In this document: positions 1-8,589 of the stretch, in pieces
Numbering within the stretch: position 1 is the first letter of the stretch
Layout of the letters: the number at the start of each line of letters is the position of its first letter
Origin: Candidatus Cloacimonadales bacterium
GTDB lineage: Bacteria > Cloacimonadota > Cloacimonadia > Cloacimonadales > JAFGVF01
Direction: 5' to 3'
Length of the DNA: 64,000 bases
Assembly: GCA_963677495.2 (NCBI GenBank)
Contig: CAXXOU010000004.1
Location: forward strand, 1,376,001 to 1,440,000
Notes under the pieces: generated by a model
The model's input: only the letters and a program-made list of their open reading frames with translations
Told to the model about the DNA's origin: nothing
The model's database searches: none
Program-made: the position numbers and the translations under genes

Positions 1-1
1 T

Positions 2-361
2 TGGGAACACATAGGTTACAGATGTGGAACAGCCTATCCCTTCTTCCCATTCAACTTCAAAGAGAATCGACCATATAGAATCTTAGAGATTCCGCTTACC
101 GTTATGGATACAACATTGATGTCAAGTCATTGTATGCATTTAAAGCCATGGCAAGCTTACGGAAGAATCAAAAAATTAATCGATAATGCAATTAAATATA
201 ATTCGCATGTGAATATCCTATGGCATAACACAAGTTTTGAATCAATTGACTATCCGTTCTGGGGAAACCTGTTTTGGATGGTGCTGAAATACATTAAGAA
301 GAGAAATGGAATGGTTATTTCAATTTCAGATCTCTATCAAACATGGAACGAAAGAATTTAG
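2..361 (+). CDS. Polysaccharide deacetylase-like protein, 3' part (5'-truncated by window)
   Basis: Frame open from base 2: WEHIGYRCGTAYPF...LEIPLTVMDTTL...ILWHN, typical C-terminal motifs of CE4-like deacetylases. Confidence 0.6.
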   Translation, partial: WEHIGYRCGTAYPFFPFNFKENRPYRILEIPLTVMDTTLMSSHCMHLKPWQAYGRIKKLIDNAIKYNSHVNILWHNTSFESIDYPFWGNLFWMVLKYIKKRNGMVISISDLYQTWNERI

Positions 362-398
362 ATAAGATAAATAGAATATATATAAACAAGGAGAATTG

Positions 399-2654
399 AT
401 GCAACTCACCGACAATGCAATTACAGTTTTGAAGAAACGTTACTTTAAAAAGGACCAGGAAGGAAACCTAATTGAGGACTGGAAAGCTCTCACTACACGT
501 GTAGCTAAAGATATCGGCCAAGGGGATGAAGATAAGTTTACCAAATATTTTGATTTACTTAATTCAGGTCGTTTTCTTCCAAACTCACCGACTTTAATGA
601 ATGCCGGTAACGACTTACAACAGTTATCAGCATGCTTTGTGTTACCTATTGATGATAGTATGGATAGTATATTCACAACGATAAAGAATGCCGCCCTTAT
701 CCACAAAAGTGGTGGAGGAACCGGTTTCAGCTTTAGTAGACTTAGAGAATCTAATGCACGTGTTAGATCTACTAATGGAGTTTCAAGTGGTCCGATCTCT
801 TTCTTGAAGGTGTTTAATGCAGCCACAGACGCTGTGAAACAAGGTGGAACAAGACGTGGTGCTAACATGGCTATTCTTAGTATCGACCATCCACAGATTC
901 TTGAATTTATTAGCTGTAAGGAAGATACAACTAAACTTACTAACTTCAATATAAGCGTAGGTTTAACAGCTGATTTTATGCAAGCTGTTAGAAGAGATGA
1001 GGATTACAACCTTATCTCACCACATACAAAAGAAGTTACAGATACACTTAAAGCTAGGGACGTGTTCGAACTTATCGTTGAAATGGCACATAAGAATGGT
1101 GAGCCGGGTTTAATTTTCTTAGATAGGATTAATGCTCATAACCCAACCCCACATTTAGGTGAGATTGAAGCCACAAATCCTTGCGGGGAGCAACCTCTAC
1201 TACCTAATGAAGCTTGTAACCTTGGTTCCATAAACTTATCCGCATTCTATGATGATGGCAATCTTGACTGGGACGCTTTGAAAGAAACTACTGCACTCGC
1301 AACTGAGTTCCTTGATGATGTTATTGAGCGCTCCAATTTCCCATTACCTGAGATTGATGAGACCGTTAAAAAGAACAGAAAGATTGGTCTCGGTATTATG
1401 GGTTGGGCTGACCTGCTTTTCCAAATGAAGATTCCTTACAACAGTGAAGAAGCAGTAGCTCTCGCTGAAGAGATAATGGAGTTCATCGATTACCATTCCA
1501 AGAAACGTTCTATTGAGCTTGCTGTTACAAATGGATCATTCCCAAGTTTCGAAGGTAGTATCTATTCAAAAGGTTTATTGAAAAGAGAATCAAATAAGTT
1601 AGATTGGGATACCCTGAGCAAAGAGATGGCAGAAAAAGGCCTCAGAAACGCTACTGTAACTACTATCGCACCAACAGGTACATTGAGTATGATTATGGAT
1701 ACATCCGGTGGAGTTGAACCCCAGTTCTCCCTCGTCTACGTTAAAAATGTTATGGATGGAGAAAAACTTCTCTATGTTAACAAACATCTTGAAAATACTC
1801 TCAAGGAACATGGTATTTACTCAAAAGAGTTGATGGAGAAGATCTCTGACAATGGAACACTTCACGGGATTGATGAGATTCCTGAAGAGATAAAGAAAAT
1901 CTATGTTGTATCACATGATATTTCTCCTGAATGGCATATAAGAATGCAGGCTGCTTTCCAGAAATACACTGATAATGCCGTTTCTAAGACTATCAACTTC
2001 TCAAGGGAAGCTACTAGAGAAGACATTAAGATAGCTTATGAGTTAGCATACGACCTGAATTGTAAGGGTATCACTGTATATCGTGACGGTAGCCGTGAAA
2101 ACCAGGTTCTCAATGTTGGTACAACTGTTAATGACGGTACTGCTCCGGCTATACATGCCTTAGAGCCAAGAAAACGTCCTGAAATTACACAAGGCATTAC
2201 TCAAAGAATGCATACAGGTTGTGGACATCTTTATGTTACTATCAACGCAGATGAACATGGAGCTTGCGAACTCTTTACTCAGATGGGTAAAGTTGGTGGT
2301 TGTGCTTCTGCGCAGTTAGAAGGTATTGCAAGACTGGTTTCTATCTCTTTAAGAGCAAATATTGATTTAGACTCAATCATCAAGCATTTAAAAGGTATCA
2401 GATGCCCATCCCCAATGTGGAATAAGGGTAAACTGATAACTTCCTGCTCTGATGCTGTTGCTCAGGCTTTAGAAAACTATAGAAATATCTATGGTAACAA
2501 GACAATTACAAACTTCGAGGTTCAAGAGTCTGATACAGACGATGCACCTGCTATGCCTATGGGAATGATGAAAACATGCCCTGAATGTGGAAGTAGCATT
2601 GAGCATGCAGAGGGTTGTTTAAAATGTAATTCATGTGGTTGGTCTAAGTGCTAA
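399..2654 (+). CDS. nrdJ: Class II (adenosylcobalamin-dependent) ribonucleotide reductase with C-terminal TSCPD/Zn-ribbon region
   Basis: PNSPTLMNAG, SACFV, TNPCGEQPL, TIAPTGT, SKTIN, TVYRDGSR; C-terminal TSCSD and CPECG...C..CG..KC; AGGAG RBS before ATG 399. Confidence 0.92.
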   Translation: MQLTDNAITVLKKRYFKKDQEGNLIEDWKALTTRVAKDIGQGDEDKFTKYFDLLNSGRFLPNSPTLMNAGNDLQQLSACFVLPIDDSMDSIFTTIKNAALIHKSGGGTGFSFSRLRESNARVRSTNGVSSGPISFLKVFNAATDAVKQGGTRRGANMAILSIDHPQILEFISCKEDTTKLTNFNISVGLTADFMQAVRRDEDYNLISPHTKEVTDTLKARDVFELIVEMAHKNGEPGLIFLDRINAHNPTPHLGEIEATNPCGEQPLLPNEACNLGSINLSAFYDDGNLDWDALKETTALATEFLDDVIERSNFPLPEIDETVKKNRKIGLGIMGWADLLFQMKIPYNSEEAVALAEEIMEFIDYHSKKRSIELAVTNGSFPSFEGSIYSKGLLKRESNKLDWDTLSKEMAEKGLRNATVTTIAPTGTLSMIMDTSGGVEPQFSLVYVKNVMDGEKLLYVNKHLENTLKEHGIYSKELMEKISDNGTLHGIDEIPEEIKKIYVVSHDISPEWHIRMQAAFQKYTDNAVSKTINFSREATREDIKIAYELAYDLNCKGITVYRDGSRENQVLNVGTTVNDGTAPAIHALEPRKRPEITQGITQRMHTGCGHLYVTINADEHGACELFTQMGKVGGCASAQLEGIARLVSISLRANIDLDSIIKHLKGIRCPSPMWNKGKLITSCSDAVAQALENYRNIYGNKTITNFEVQESDTDDAPAMPMGMMKTCPECGSSIEHAEGCLKCNSCGWSKC

Positions 2655-2675
2655 CCTTATCATAATGAGGTATTA

Positions 2676-3293
2676 ATGAATCTATTTAGTATTTTCATGA
2701 AGGGTGGACTCTTAATGTTCGCCCTTCTAATCTGCGGTATTGTTGTAGTGGCAATTGCGATTGCAAAGCTTATGGAATTCAAGAAAATCAAGGATGTAGA
2801 TAATGTTATGGTTGAGGAACTGAACACTATCACCAACATCTCACATCTGAAAGGATTTCTCGAAACTCAGCTTTCTCCCACTCCCTTAGCAAGAATCATT
2901 GCTAAACTTGTAGAATTAAAAGAGATGAACCCAAAAGCATTGAAAGAAAATGCTGTGGGGATAGCAGAACGTGAAGTGCATAAGCTTGATAAACATCTTG
3001 GCGTACTTGCTACTTTTGCTGCAATTTCCCCTCTCATTGGTTTCTTGGGAACAGTAACGGGTATGGTTCGTGTGTTTATGAATATTGAGCGTTCACCTGT
3101 CGGAGTTGATGTTAGTGCTTTTGCCGGTGGTATCTGGGAAGCTCTATTAACAACTGTAGGGGGGCTTGTAATAGGTATAATCTCTATTCTTTTCTACAAC
3201 TACTTTGTTAGTTTCGTTGAGAACTATGCAAAGATGATTGAAGAAGCTCTTACAAGCCTGCTTATTAAGCTTGAAAGCAATGATTTGGATTAA
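2676..3293 (+). CDS. exbB: MotA/TolQ/ExbB proton channel protein
   Basis: SPLIGFLGTVTGM and GGIWEALLTTVGGL motifs, 3 TM segments. Confidence 0.85.
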   Translation: MNLFSIFMKGGLLMFALLICGIVVVAIAIAKLMEFKKIKDVDNVMVEELNTITNISHLKGFLETQLSPTPLARIIAKLVELKEMNPKALKENAVGIAEREVHKLDKHLGVLATFAAISPLIGFLGTVTGMVRVFMNIERSPVGVDVSAFAGGIWEALLTTVGGLVIGIISILFYNYFVSFVENYAKMIEEALTSLLIKLESNDLD

Positions 3294-3295
3294 TT

Positions 3296-3697
3296 ATGAA
3301 GATTAACACTCAGAAGAAGCGCATAAAAGAAACTGTCCTTATCTCTATGACCGACGTGATGTTTCTTTTGATTATATTTCTGCTGATATCTTCCAACTTC
3401 AATAACAATAAAGGGATGCAGGTTAAGCTTCCATCAGCTAAATCACAAACTCAAGCAAACGCTAATATCATACACGTTATGTATGATGAAAACTATAACC
3501 TATATTTGGAAGATAAGCAGGTTAACTGGAATGAACTTCCACTAAAACTCTCAACTCTACATGAGAAGAAACCTGACTTCACAGTTTTTATAAGAGCTGA
3601 TAAGAATATAGCCCTTGAAAACATTGTGAAACTTATGGATGCGATCAAGCTTGCCGGTTTCCAAAAACTCTATATAGCGACTAAAAATGGGCAATGA
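3296..3697 (+). CDS. exbD: ExbD/TolR biopolymer transport protein
   Basis: MTDVMFLLIIFLLI TM with conserved Asp, V.LP.A and IRADK motifs; follows exbB. Confidence 0.85.
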   Translation: MKINTQKKRIKETVLISMTDVMFLLIIFLLISSNFNNNKGMQVKLPSAKSQTQANANIIHVMYDENYNLYLEDKQVNWNELPLKLSTLHEKKPDFTVFIRADKNIALENIVKLMDAIKLAGFQKLYIATKNGQ

Positions 3698-4421
3698 TAG
3701 CTATTTAAAGAAAGGATTAATCTATTCAATAGCATTACACTTGCTATTATTCATCATTGGTTCTTTAATTAATTTTAGTGCCTTTCCATCATCTGCAAGC
3801 AGCGATATGCAAATATGGGAATTTGACTTATCTGATGAAGTAAACCTTCCTAAAGGATATCACCGATCTGATGAAAGAGTAAGTTCTGAAGAGCAAAAGT
3901 TTAGCAATGCACCTGTTGAAGAGGATTATTCAGCTAAGACTCTTACAAACATGGCTGATGACCTTTCTATTGATGATCTGATTAAAAGTAGAAATAGATT
4001 CGATAAAAGTGACCTGTTCAAAAGATCAGCTGAAGAAACTCCCGAAATCAAACGTCTTGAGATGAGAGACTACGATCCTCAAACTGAGATTAAAAGTAAG
4101 TATTTGGAACAGTTTGTTGAGTCAGTGTCAGGTAAAAGGCGAGACAATTCACCATTCCTTTTAGAGGGTGATGTTTTAATGCGACAAGTACTTTCCAAGA
4201 AGATTCCTGAGTATCCAAAGAACATAAGAAAGAATGCTAAAGTTACTCTTGAGTTTCAGGTCAACCCAAATGGTACTGTCTCTAATATTATTGTTTTGAA
4301 GAAGGCATTCCCTGAAATGGAAACTATCAGTATTAAAGCGTTGAAAGAATGGAAATTCAATGCAGTAGGACATGAAAAACCTATCAAGGGTAAGATTACA
4401 TTCATATATCAGGTAAACTAA
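3687..4421 (+). CDS. tonB: Energy transducer TonB family protein
   Basis: N-terminal SIALH TM motif; C-terminal PEYP...V.LEFQV.PNG.V...A.K.WKF domain. Confidence 0.75.
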   Translation: MGNDSYLKKGLIYSIALHLLLFIIGSLINFSAFPSSASSDMQIWEFDLSDEVNLPKGYHRSDERVSSEEQKFSNAPVEEDYSAKTLTNMADDLSIDDLIKSRNRFDKSDLFKRSAEETPEIKRLEMRDYDPQTEIKSKYLEQFVESVSGKRRDNSPFLLEGDVLMRQVLSKKIPEYPKNIRKNAKVTLEFQVNPNGTVSNIIVLKKAFPEMETISIKALKEWKFNAVGHEKPIKGKITFIYQVN

Positions 4422-5479
4422 TGAATTACATTATTAAATTCTCATCAGTCGGAGATGTAATTAAATATTTAGAGATTCTTGGAATTCCTATTAGCAATGA
4501 TGATGCGATAAAACTATTAGGATTAAATATAGTCAGTAGATCTAAACTTTTAACTGAATCCACTTTGTTTTCTGATATCTGTTTCACAAAACTGACCCCA
4601 TCAAACTATAAGAATCTGCTAACTTTCACTGAAAGCAAGCAGTTTATTCTAGAACAACTGTTAGGCTTAAAAGCGCTTAGTAAACCTTCAATTATGGGTA
4701 TATTGAACGTAACACCAGACTCTTTTAGTGATGGGAGTTTGTATTATCTAAAGCTTGATGCAGTAGAACATGCAGATGAACTGACCCAAAACGGTGCTCA
4801 TATCTTAGATATTGGTGGAGAGTCCACACGACCGGGAGCTGAAAAAGTTGAGTTAACTGAAGAGTTTGATCGAGTTGTACCAATTGTTAACCATATCATC
4901 TCCAACAGAGAAGTTACAATCTCAGTTGATACATATAAATCAGTTATAGCTCAGAAATCCATCGAGGCCGGTGCAAAGATTATTAACGATATTAGCGCTC
5001 TGCAATTCGATGAAGTTATGATTAGAGTCTTAGTGGAGAATCCCAAAGTAAAAGTAGTTATCATGCATATGCTAGGAACTCCTAGAACAATGCAAAGTAA
5101 CCCTGTGTACGAGAACGTTATTGAAGACATTCTAACCTTTTTCGAAGAGAGAATAGATTTTTGCTTAAAACATGGTATTACAAAAGACCGAATCATCATC
5201 GATCCCGGAATAGGTTTTGGTAAACGACATGAAGATAACTTGAATATCCTAAGATATTTATCCACATTTCATTCATTAGGGTGTGAAGTTCTCTTGGGAG
5301 CTAGTCGGAAAAGCTTCATCAATAGGATTGTTGAGTCAGATCCTATGGAAAGATTACCCGGAACCTTGGCAACAACATCTATTGCATATGATAATGCAAT
5401 TCAATATATACGCGTCCATGATGTAAAAGAGAACAAGCAGTACTTAGATGTTTTAGAAGCTACAAAAGGTGGTGTATAA
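4421..5479 (+). CDS. folP: Dihydropteroate synthase with ~85-aa N-terminal extension
   Basis: MGILNVTPDSFSDG, DIGGESTRPG, DPGIGFGK, GASRKSF, RVHDV. Confidence 0.95.
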   Translation: MNYIIKFSSVGDVIKYLEILGIPISNDDAIKLLGLNIVSRSKLLTESTLFSDICFTKLTPSNYKNLLTFTESKQFILEQLLGLKALSKPSIMGILNVTPDSFSDGSLYYLKLDAVEHADELTQNGAHILDIGGESTRPGAEKVELTEEFDRVVPIVNHIISNREVTISVDTYKSVIAQKSIEAGAKIINDISALQFDEVMIRVLVENPKVKVVIMHMLGTPRTMQSNPVYENVIEDILTFFEERIDFCLKHGITKDRIIIDPGIGFGKRHEDNLNILRYLSTFHSLGCEVLLGASRKSFINRIVESDPMERLPGTLATTSIAYDNAIQYIRVHDVKENKQYLDVLEATKGGV

Positions 5480-6222
5480 TGGGTCTATTGGTTCCATCTT
5501 TAATTGATTTAGTTGATATCCTTCTGATTGGAGGAGTGATTTTTCTCTTCTTGAACCTTACAAAGCAAACAAGCTATTGGTACTTTGTTTTTGGTTTGGT
5601 TGCTGCAGTAGTTCTATACTTTGTCGCTAACCTGCTTCATTTAAGGTTATTTTCATCTCTATTCAAGAGTGTTAAAGATTATTGGCTTATTATTATACTC
5701 ATCATCTTCCAACCGGAGATTAGAAAATTTTTCACAAGAAGTGGTATCTCCAGAATTTGGGAAGACACAAACACTAGAAAGGATAAAGACTTCTACTTCG
5801 AGCTCTTGGAATCTGTAACAGCTCTTGCTCACCAGCGTATTGGAGCTATCTTCGTTATTGAGAACAAGAGACGCCTTAACGACTATATCACAAGTGGTAT
5901 TGAAATTGATGCAAAGCTTTCATTGCCTATAATTACTAACATCTTCTCTCCTCTATCCAAGCTTCACGATGGTGCTGTAATTGTGAGAAAAGATAGAATA
6001 GTAGCTGCTAAAGTGATTCTTCCACTGGGAAACGATGAATTGACCAAGGAGAAACATGGGACAAGACATCTGGCCGGTGTGGGCATTTCTGATGTTACAG
6101 ATGCCTTTGTAATAATCGTTTCAGAAGAAACAGGTAATATCTCTTTTGCTTTCAATGGGAAACTAACTCGTAACATCTCTTCTGAAGAGCTACATCACAA
6201 GCTTAAAGATGCCTTTATCTAA
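5479..6222 (+). CDS. cdaA: Diadenylate cyclase, CdaA type (3 TM + DAC domain)
   Basis: IIFQPEIR, LHDGA, GTRH, VSEETG.IS motifs. Confidence 0.9.
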   Translation: MGLLVPSLIDLVDILLIGGVIFLFLNLTKQTSYWYFVFGLVAAVVLYFVANLLHLRLFSSLFKSVKDYWLIIILIIFQPEIRKFFTRSGISRIWEDTNTRKDKDFYFELLESVTALAHQRIGAIFVIENKRRLNDYITSGIEIDAKLSLPIITNIFSPLSKLHDGAVIVRKDRIVAAKVILPLGNDELTKEKHGTRHLAGVGISDVTDAFVIIVSEETGNISFAFNGKLTRNISSEELHHKLKDAFI

Positions 6223-6850
6223 TAAACCGATACTAATTGCAATCACCGGTGGCATTGCTTCAGGAAAATCTACATTCTGCCAACTACTTCGAGAGCATGG
6301 CTATCAGGTACATTCAGCTGATACAATAGCACATAATCAATACTCCAAACTCTCAGTACAACAAAGTCTTGTAGATATGTTTGGTGAGCAGATACTTGTT
6401 AATGGTGTCTTAAGCAGAGAAGTAATTGGTGATATTGTTTTTAAAGATAAAGAGAAAAGACTGGCATTAAATGAGTTGTTACACCCACTCATATTGCATG
6501 ATATGCAAAATATTTATGATAAATCAACTGAGCAATACTGTTTTTTTGAAGTTCCCCTCCTTTTTGAAGCAAAACTGGAACAATGCTTCGATTGTAATGT
6601 TTTAGTGTACAGTGAAAGGAGAATACAAGTTGGAAGGTTAGTTCAAAACCGAAACATTAGTAAGGAAAAAGCATTAGCTATAATCGATTCCCAGTTTAAA
6701 ATAGAGGATAAAAAACGCTTATCAGACTATATCATTTTAAACAACAATACTATCGATGCTTTAAAGACTAGTTTAGCTGATTTCCAAACCTACCTCCCTT
6801 CAATTATTGCGAAAAGTAAAATCAAACTCACCGAAAGTTACTCAAGCTAA
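6209..6850 (+). CDS. coaE: Dephospho-CoA kinase
   Basis: ITGGIASGKST P-loop, LLHP, EVPLLFE. Confidence 0.93.
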   Translation: MPLSNKPILIAITGGIASGKSTFCQLLREHGYQVHSADTIAHNQYSKLSVQQSLVDMFGEQILVNGVLSREVIGDIVFKDKEKRLALNELLHPLILHDMQNIYDKSTEQYCFFEVPLLFEAKLEQCFDCNVLVYSERRIQVGRLVQNRNISKEKALAIIDSQFKIEDKKRLSDYIILNNNTIDALKTSLADFQTYLPSIIAKSKIKLTESYSS

Positions 6851-6935
6851 TATCTTTCTATGATAAATAGTTGGTTTCATGACTAATTGATATATTATAT
6901 TTATAGTTCTTAAAATTAAGCAATGGAGGTATGAA

Positions 6936-7427
6936 ATGAAAGAACTTATGTTAAAGGCTATCCGGGGTGGAATGAAAGCAGAGATGGATTCTGTAACACT
7001 TTATGAAAATGCAGCATCCAAGACTGATGATCCTGAGGTAAAGAAGTTCTTCTTAGATAGAGCTGAAGAAGAAAAAAAGCATTACAATTTCCTTCTCAGC
7101 TATTATGATGCTATGGATGGTGTGGGTGATATAGCTGAGATTGAATTGAAAGACCCATCAATTAGTCCTGCAATCTCTGAAAACTTTGTCAAAAGAATCA
7201 GTGAGGATCAGTTCCTATTCTCAGCAATTTCAACTGCAGTCTTACTCGAAAAAAATGGTATTGATTATTACAAGAAATGTGCTCAAGATACTAAAGATAT
7301 TAAAGCTCTCAGTGACTTCTTCCATATCTTAGCAGATTGGGAAATGAAGCATTACGATGAACTTTTAAAGATTCAGAAAGACGCTGAAGAGATCTATTGG
7401 AGACTTAATAGATTCGAACCGTTTTAG
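6936..7427 (+). CDS. Rubrerythrin/ferritin-like di-iron protein
   Basis: Duplicated E...Y...EEKKH / E...Y...EMKH four-helix pattern; GGAGG RBS. Confidence 0.8.
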   Translation: MKELMLKAIRGGMKAEMDSVTLYENAASKTDDPEVKKFFLDRAEEEKKHYNFLLSYYDAMDGVGDIAEIELKDPSISPAISENFVKRISEDQFLFSAISTAVLLEKNGIDYYKKCAQDTKDIKALSDFFHILADWEMKHYDELLKIQKDAEEIYWRLNRFEPF

Positions 7428-7451
7428 TCTGTAACTTAATGAGATTTGAGT

Positions 7452-7482
7452 AGAGTAGTGTTTAAAAGCACTACTCTTTTTT
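7452..7482 (+). terminator. Intrinsic terminator
   Basis: AGAGTAGTG/CACTACTCT stem followed by T run. Confidence 0.8.
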
Positions 7483-7528
7483 ATATCTACGATTCCGTAC
7501 TCATCTCTCATCGAAGTTGTATACTTAA

Positions 7529-7598
7529 CAACGGGTAAACGACGGGTTGACCACGGCTCCCGTGGATTAGGCGTGGTTTACCCGTGGTTCATCTGTGG
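7529..7598. repeat. 11-bp-period palindromic array, CACGG/CCGTG family, copy 1
   Basis: Cores at 7530, 7541, 7552, then inverted at 7560, 7571, 7582, 7593; homologous to 33269-33340. Confidence 0.85.
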
Positions 7599-7612
7599 TT
7601 GGAAATCTTTCT

Positions 7613-7664
7613 GGAGTTAACCGACTACTTGTCAGGACATAGCTTCAAACAAAACAAAGACTTA
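7613..7664 (+). repeat. GGAGTT..GTCAGG intergenic box
   Basis: CTACTTGTCAGG and CAAAGACTTA shared exactly with 40482-40529; similar to 25300-25348. Confidence 0.7.
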
Positions 7665-7690
7665 GGTCGGTTTATCTGCCCACATAAACT

Positions 7691-7736
7691 CGGACTTACG
7701 TCGCAGCGATAACGTGACAGTGACGCAAGAACGAAA
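7691..7736. repeat. GC-rich dispersed module
   Basis: Reverse-complement homolog of 44906-44945 (CGGACTT.CGT.GCAGCGATA.CGTGAC...GC.AGAACGAAA) with a 6-nt insertion. Confidence 0.75.
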
Positions 7737-7840
7737 CTGGCTTCTAGTTGTCGGAATTAGCGATTCCCACTTTGTTGTGTGTGTGAATCACTTCTTCCTT
7801 AGTCATCAAACATCTACAACTCTTCTGCGATAACACAAAC

Positions 7841-8044
7841 TTTAACTAAACTCTTTATCAAAACGCAGACATCCCACTGTTTTCCCACTGTGCACGCACT
7901 GTGCACCCAGTGAAACAGTGGGTTGGCAGTGCCTTCACAGTGCGTGCACAGTGCAGACACAGTGCGTTGGTAGATAGAGTAGTAAAAGAGTGTGAATAGG
8001 GCAATAAATATAGCTAAGTTATTGCAAAAGGCACTGTGTATGTC
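7841..8044 (-). repeat. ~200-bp dispersed element with 11-bp-period CACTG/CAGTG array, copy 1
   Basis: Cores at 7875, 7886, 7897, 7908 | 7916, 7927, 7938, 7949, 7960; inverted homolog of 25503-25704 and 44951-45136. Confidence 0.92.
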
Positions 8045-8123
8045 TACGATAGCTGGAGTCATAGTAAAAGTGTCAAAAACACAACGTTATGACTCAAATG
8101 TTGAAAGTTATGGCATAGACGAT

Positions 8124-8462
8124 TTATACTTTTAACTCAACCCACGTATCTATAGCTCTTCTAAGATGCGGAATTACAATTGAACCACCGACTATGAGAG
8201 CTACATTTAAAGTCTCTATTACTTCCTCATCAGTTACACCTTCTTGCATACATCTATCCAGGTGGTACATGATGCAATCATCGCATCGAAGGACAGCAGA
8301 AGCAACTAACCCAAGCATCTCTTTTGTTTTTTCAGCTAGAGCACCCTCTTTATAAGTATTTGTATCCAAGTTAAGAAAACGTTTGGTTGTCTTATTTCCA
8401 TACTGGTCTAAAAGCTTATTAAGTCTTTCTCTTTCCACTCTAAAAGCATCAATTTTATTCAT
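8124..8462 (-). CDS. Carboxymuconolactone decarboxylase/AhpD family protein
   Basis: GAL..KTKEMLGLVASAVLRCDDCIMYH (CxxC..YH) motif. Confidence 0.85.
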   Translation of the reverse strand: MNKIDAFRVERERLNKLLDQYGNKTTKRFLNLDTNTYKEGALAEKTKEMLGLVASAVLRCDDCIMYHLDRCMQEGVTDEEVIETLNVALIVGGSIVIPHLRRAIDTWVELKV

Positions 8463-8589
8463 AGTATTGCTCCAAAAGTAATTTTTGATTATTTTATAGT
8501 TGACTATAGAGCAAAGATGATTTGTAAAGATATTTATGGACTAGAACTAAGTGAGAAATAGATAGAATTTTGATAAACATGGAGATACA

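Noticed and set aside
440..949. Antisense or nested short ORFs within long genes (this and many similar track entries)
   Set aside because: Shadow frames of well-supported CDSs, with no motifs or RBS.
7875..7964. CRISPR array
   Set aside because: Unit is 11 bp with 5-bp cores, there are no 25-45-bp unique spacers, and no cas genes are present.
7814..8062. Repeated small ORF 'ALCTHCEGT...HSACTVGKQW' (also 25430-25720 and 45035-45226) as a peptide family
   Set aside because: It is the translation of the CACTG DNA element. There is no shared start, RBS or stop, and many differences between copies are non-synonymous. The frame is open in all three copies, so ribosome profiling would settle it.
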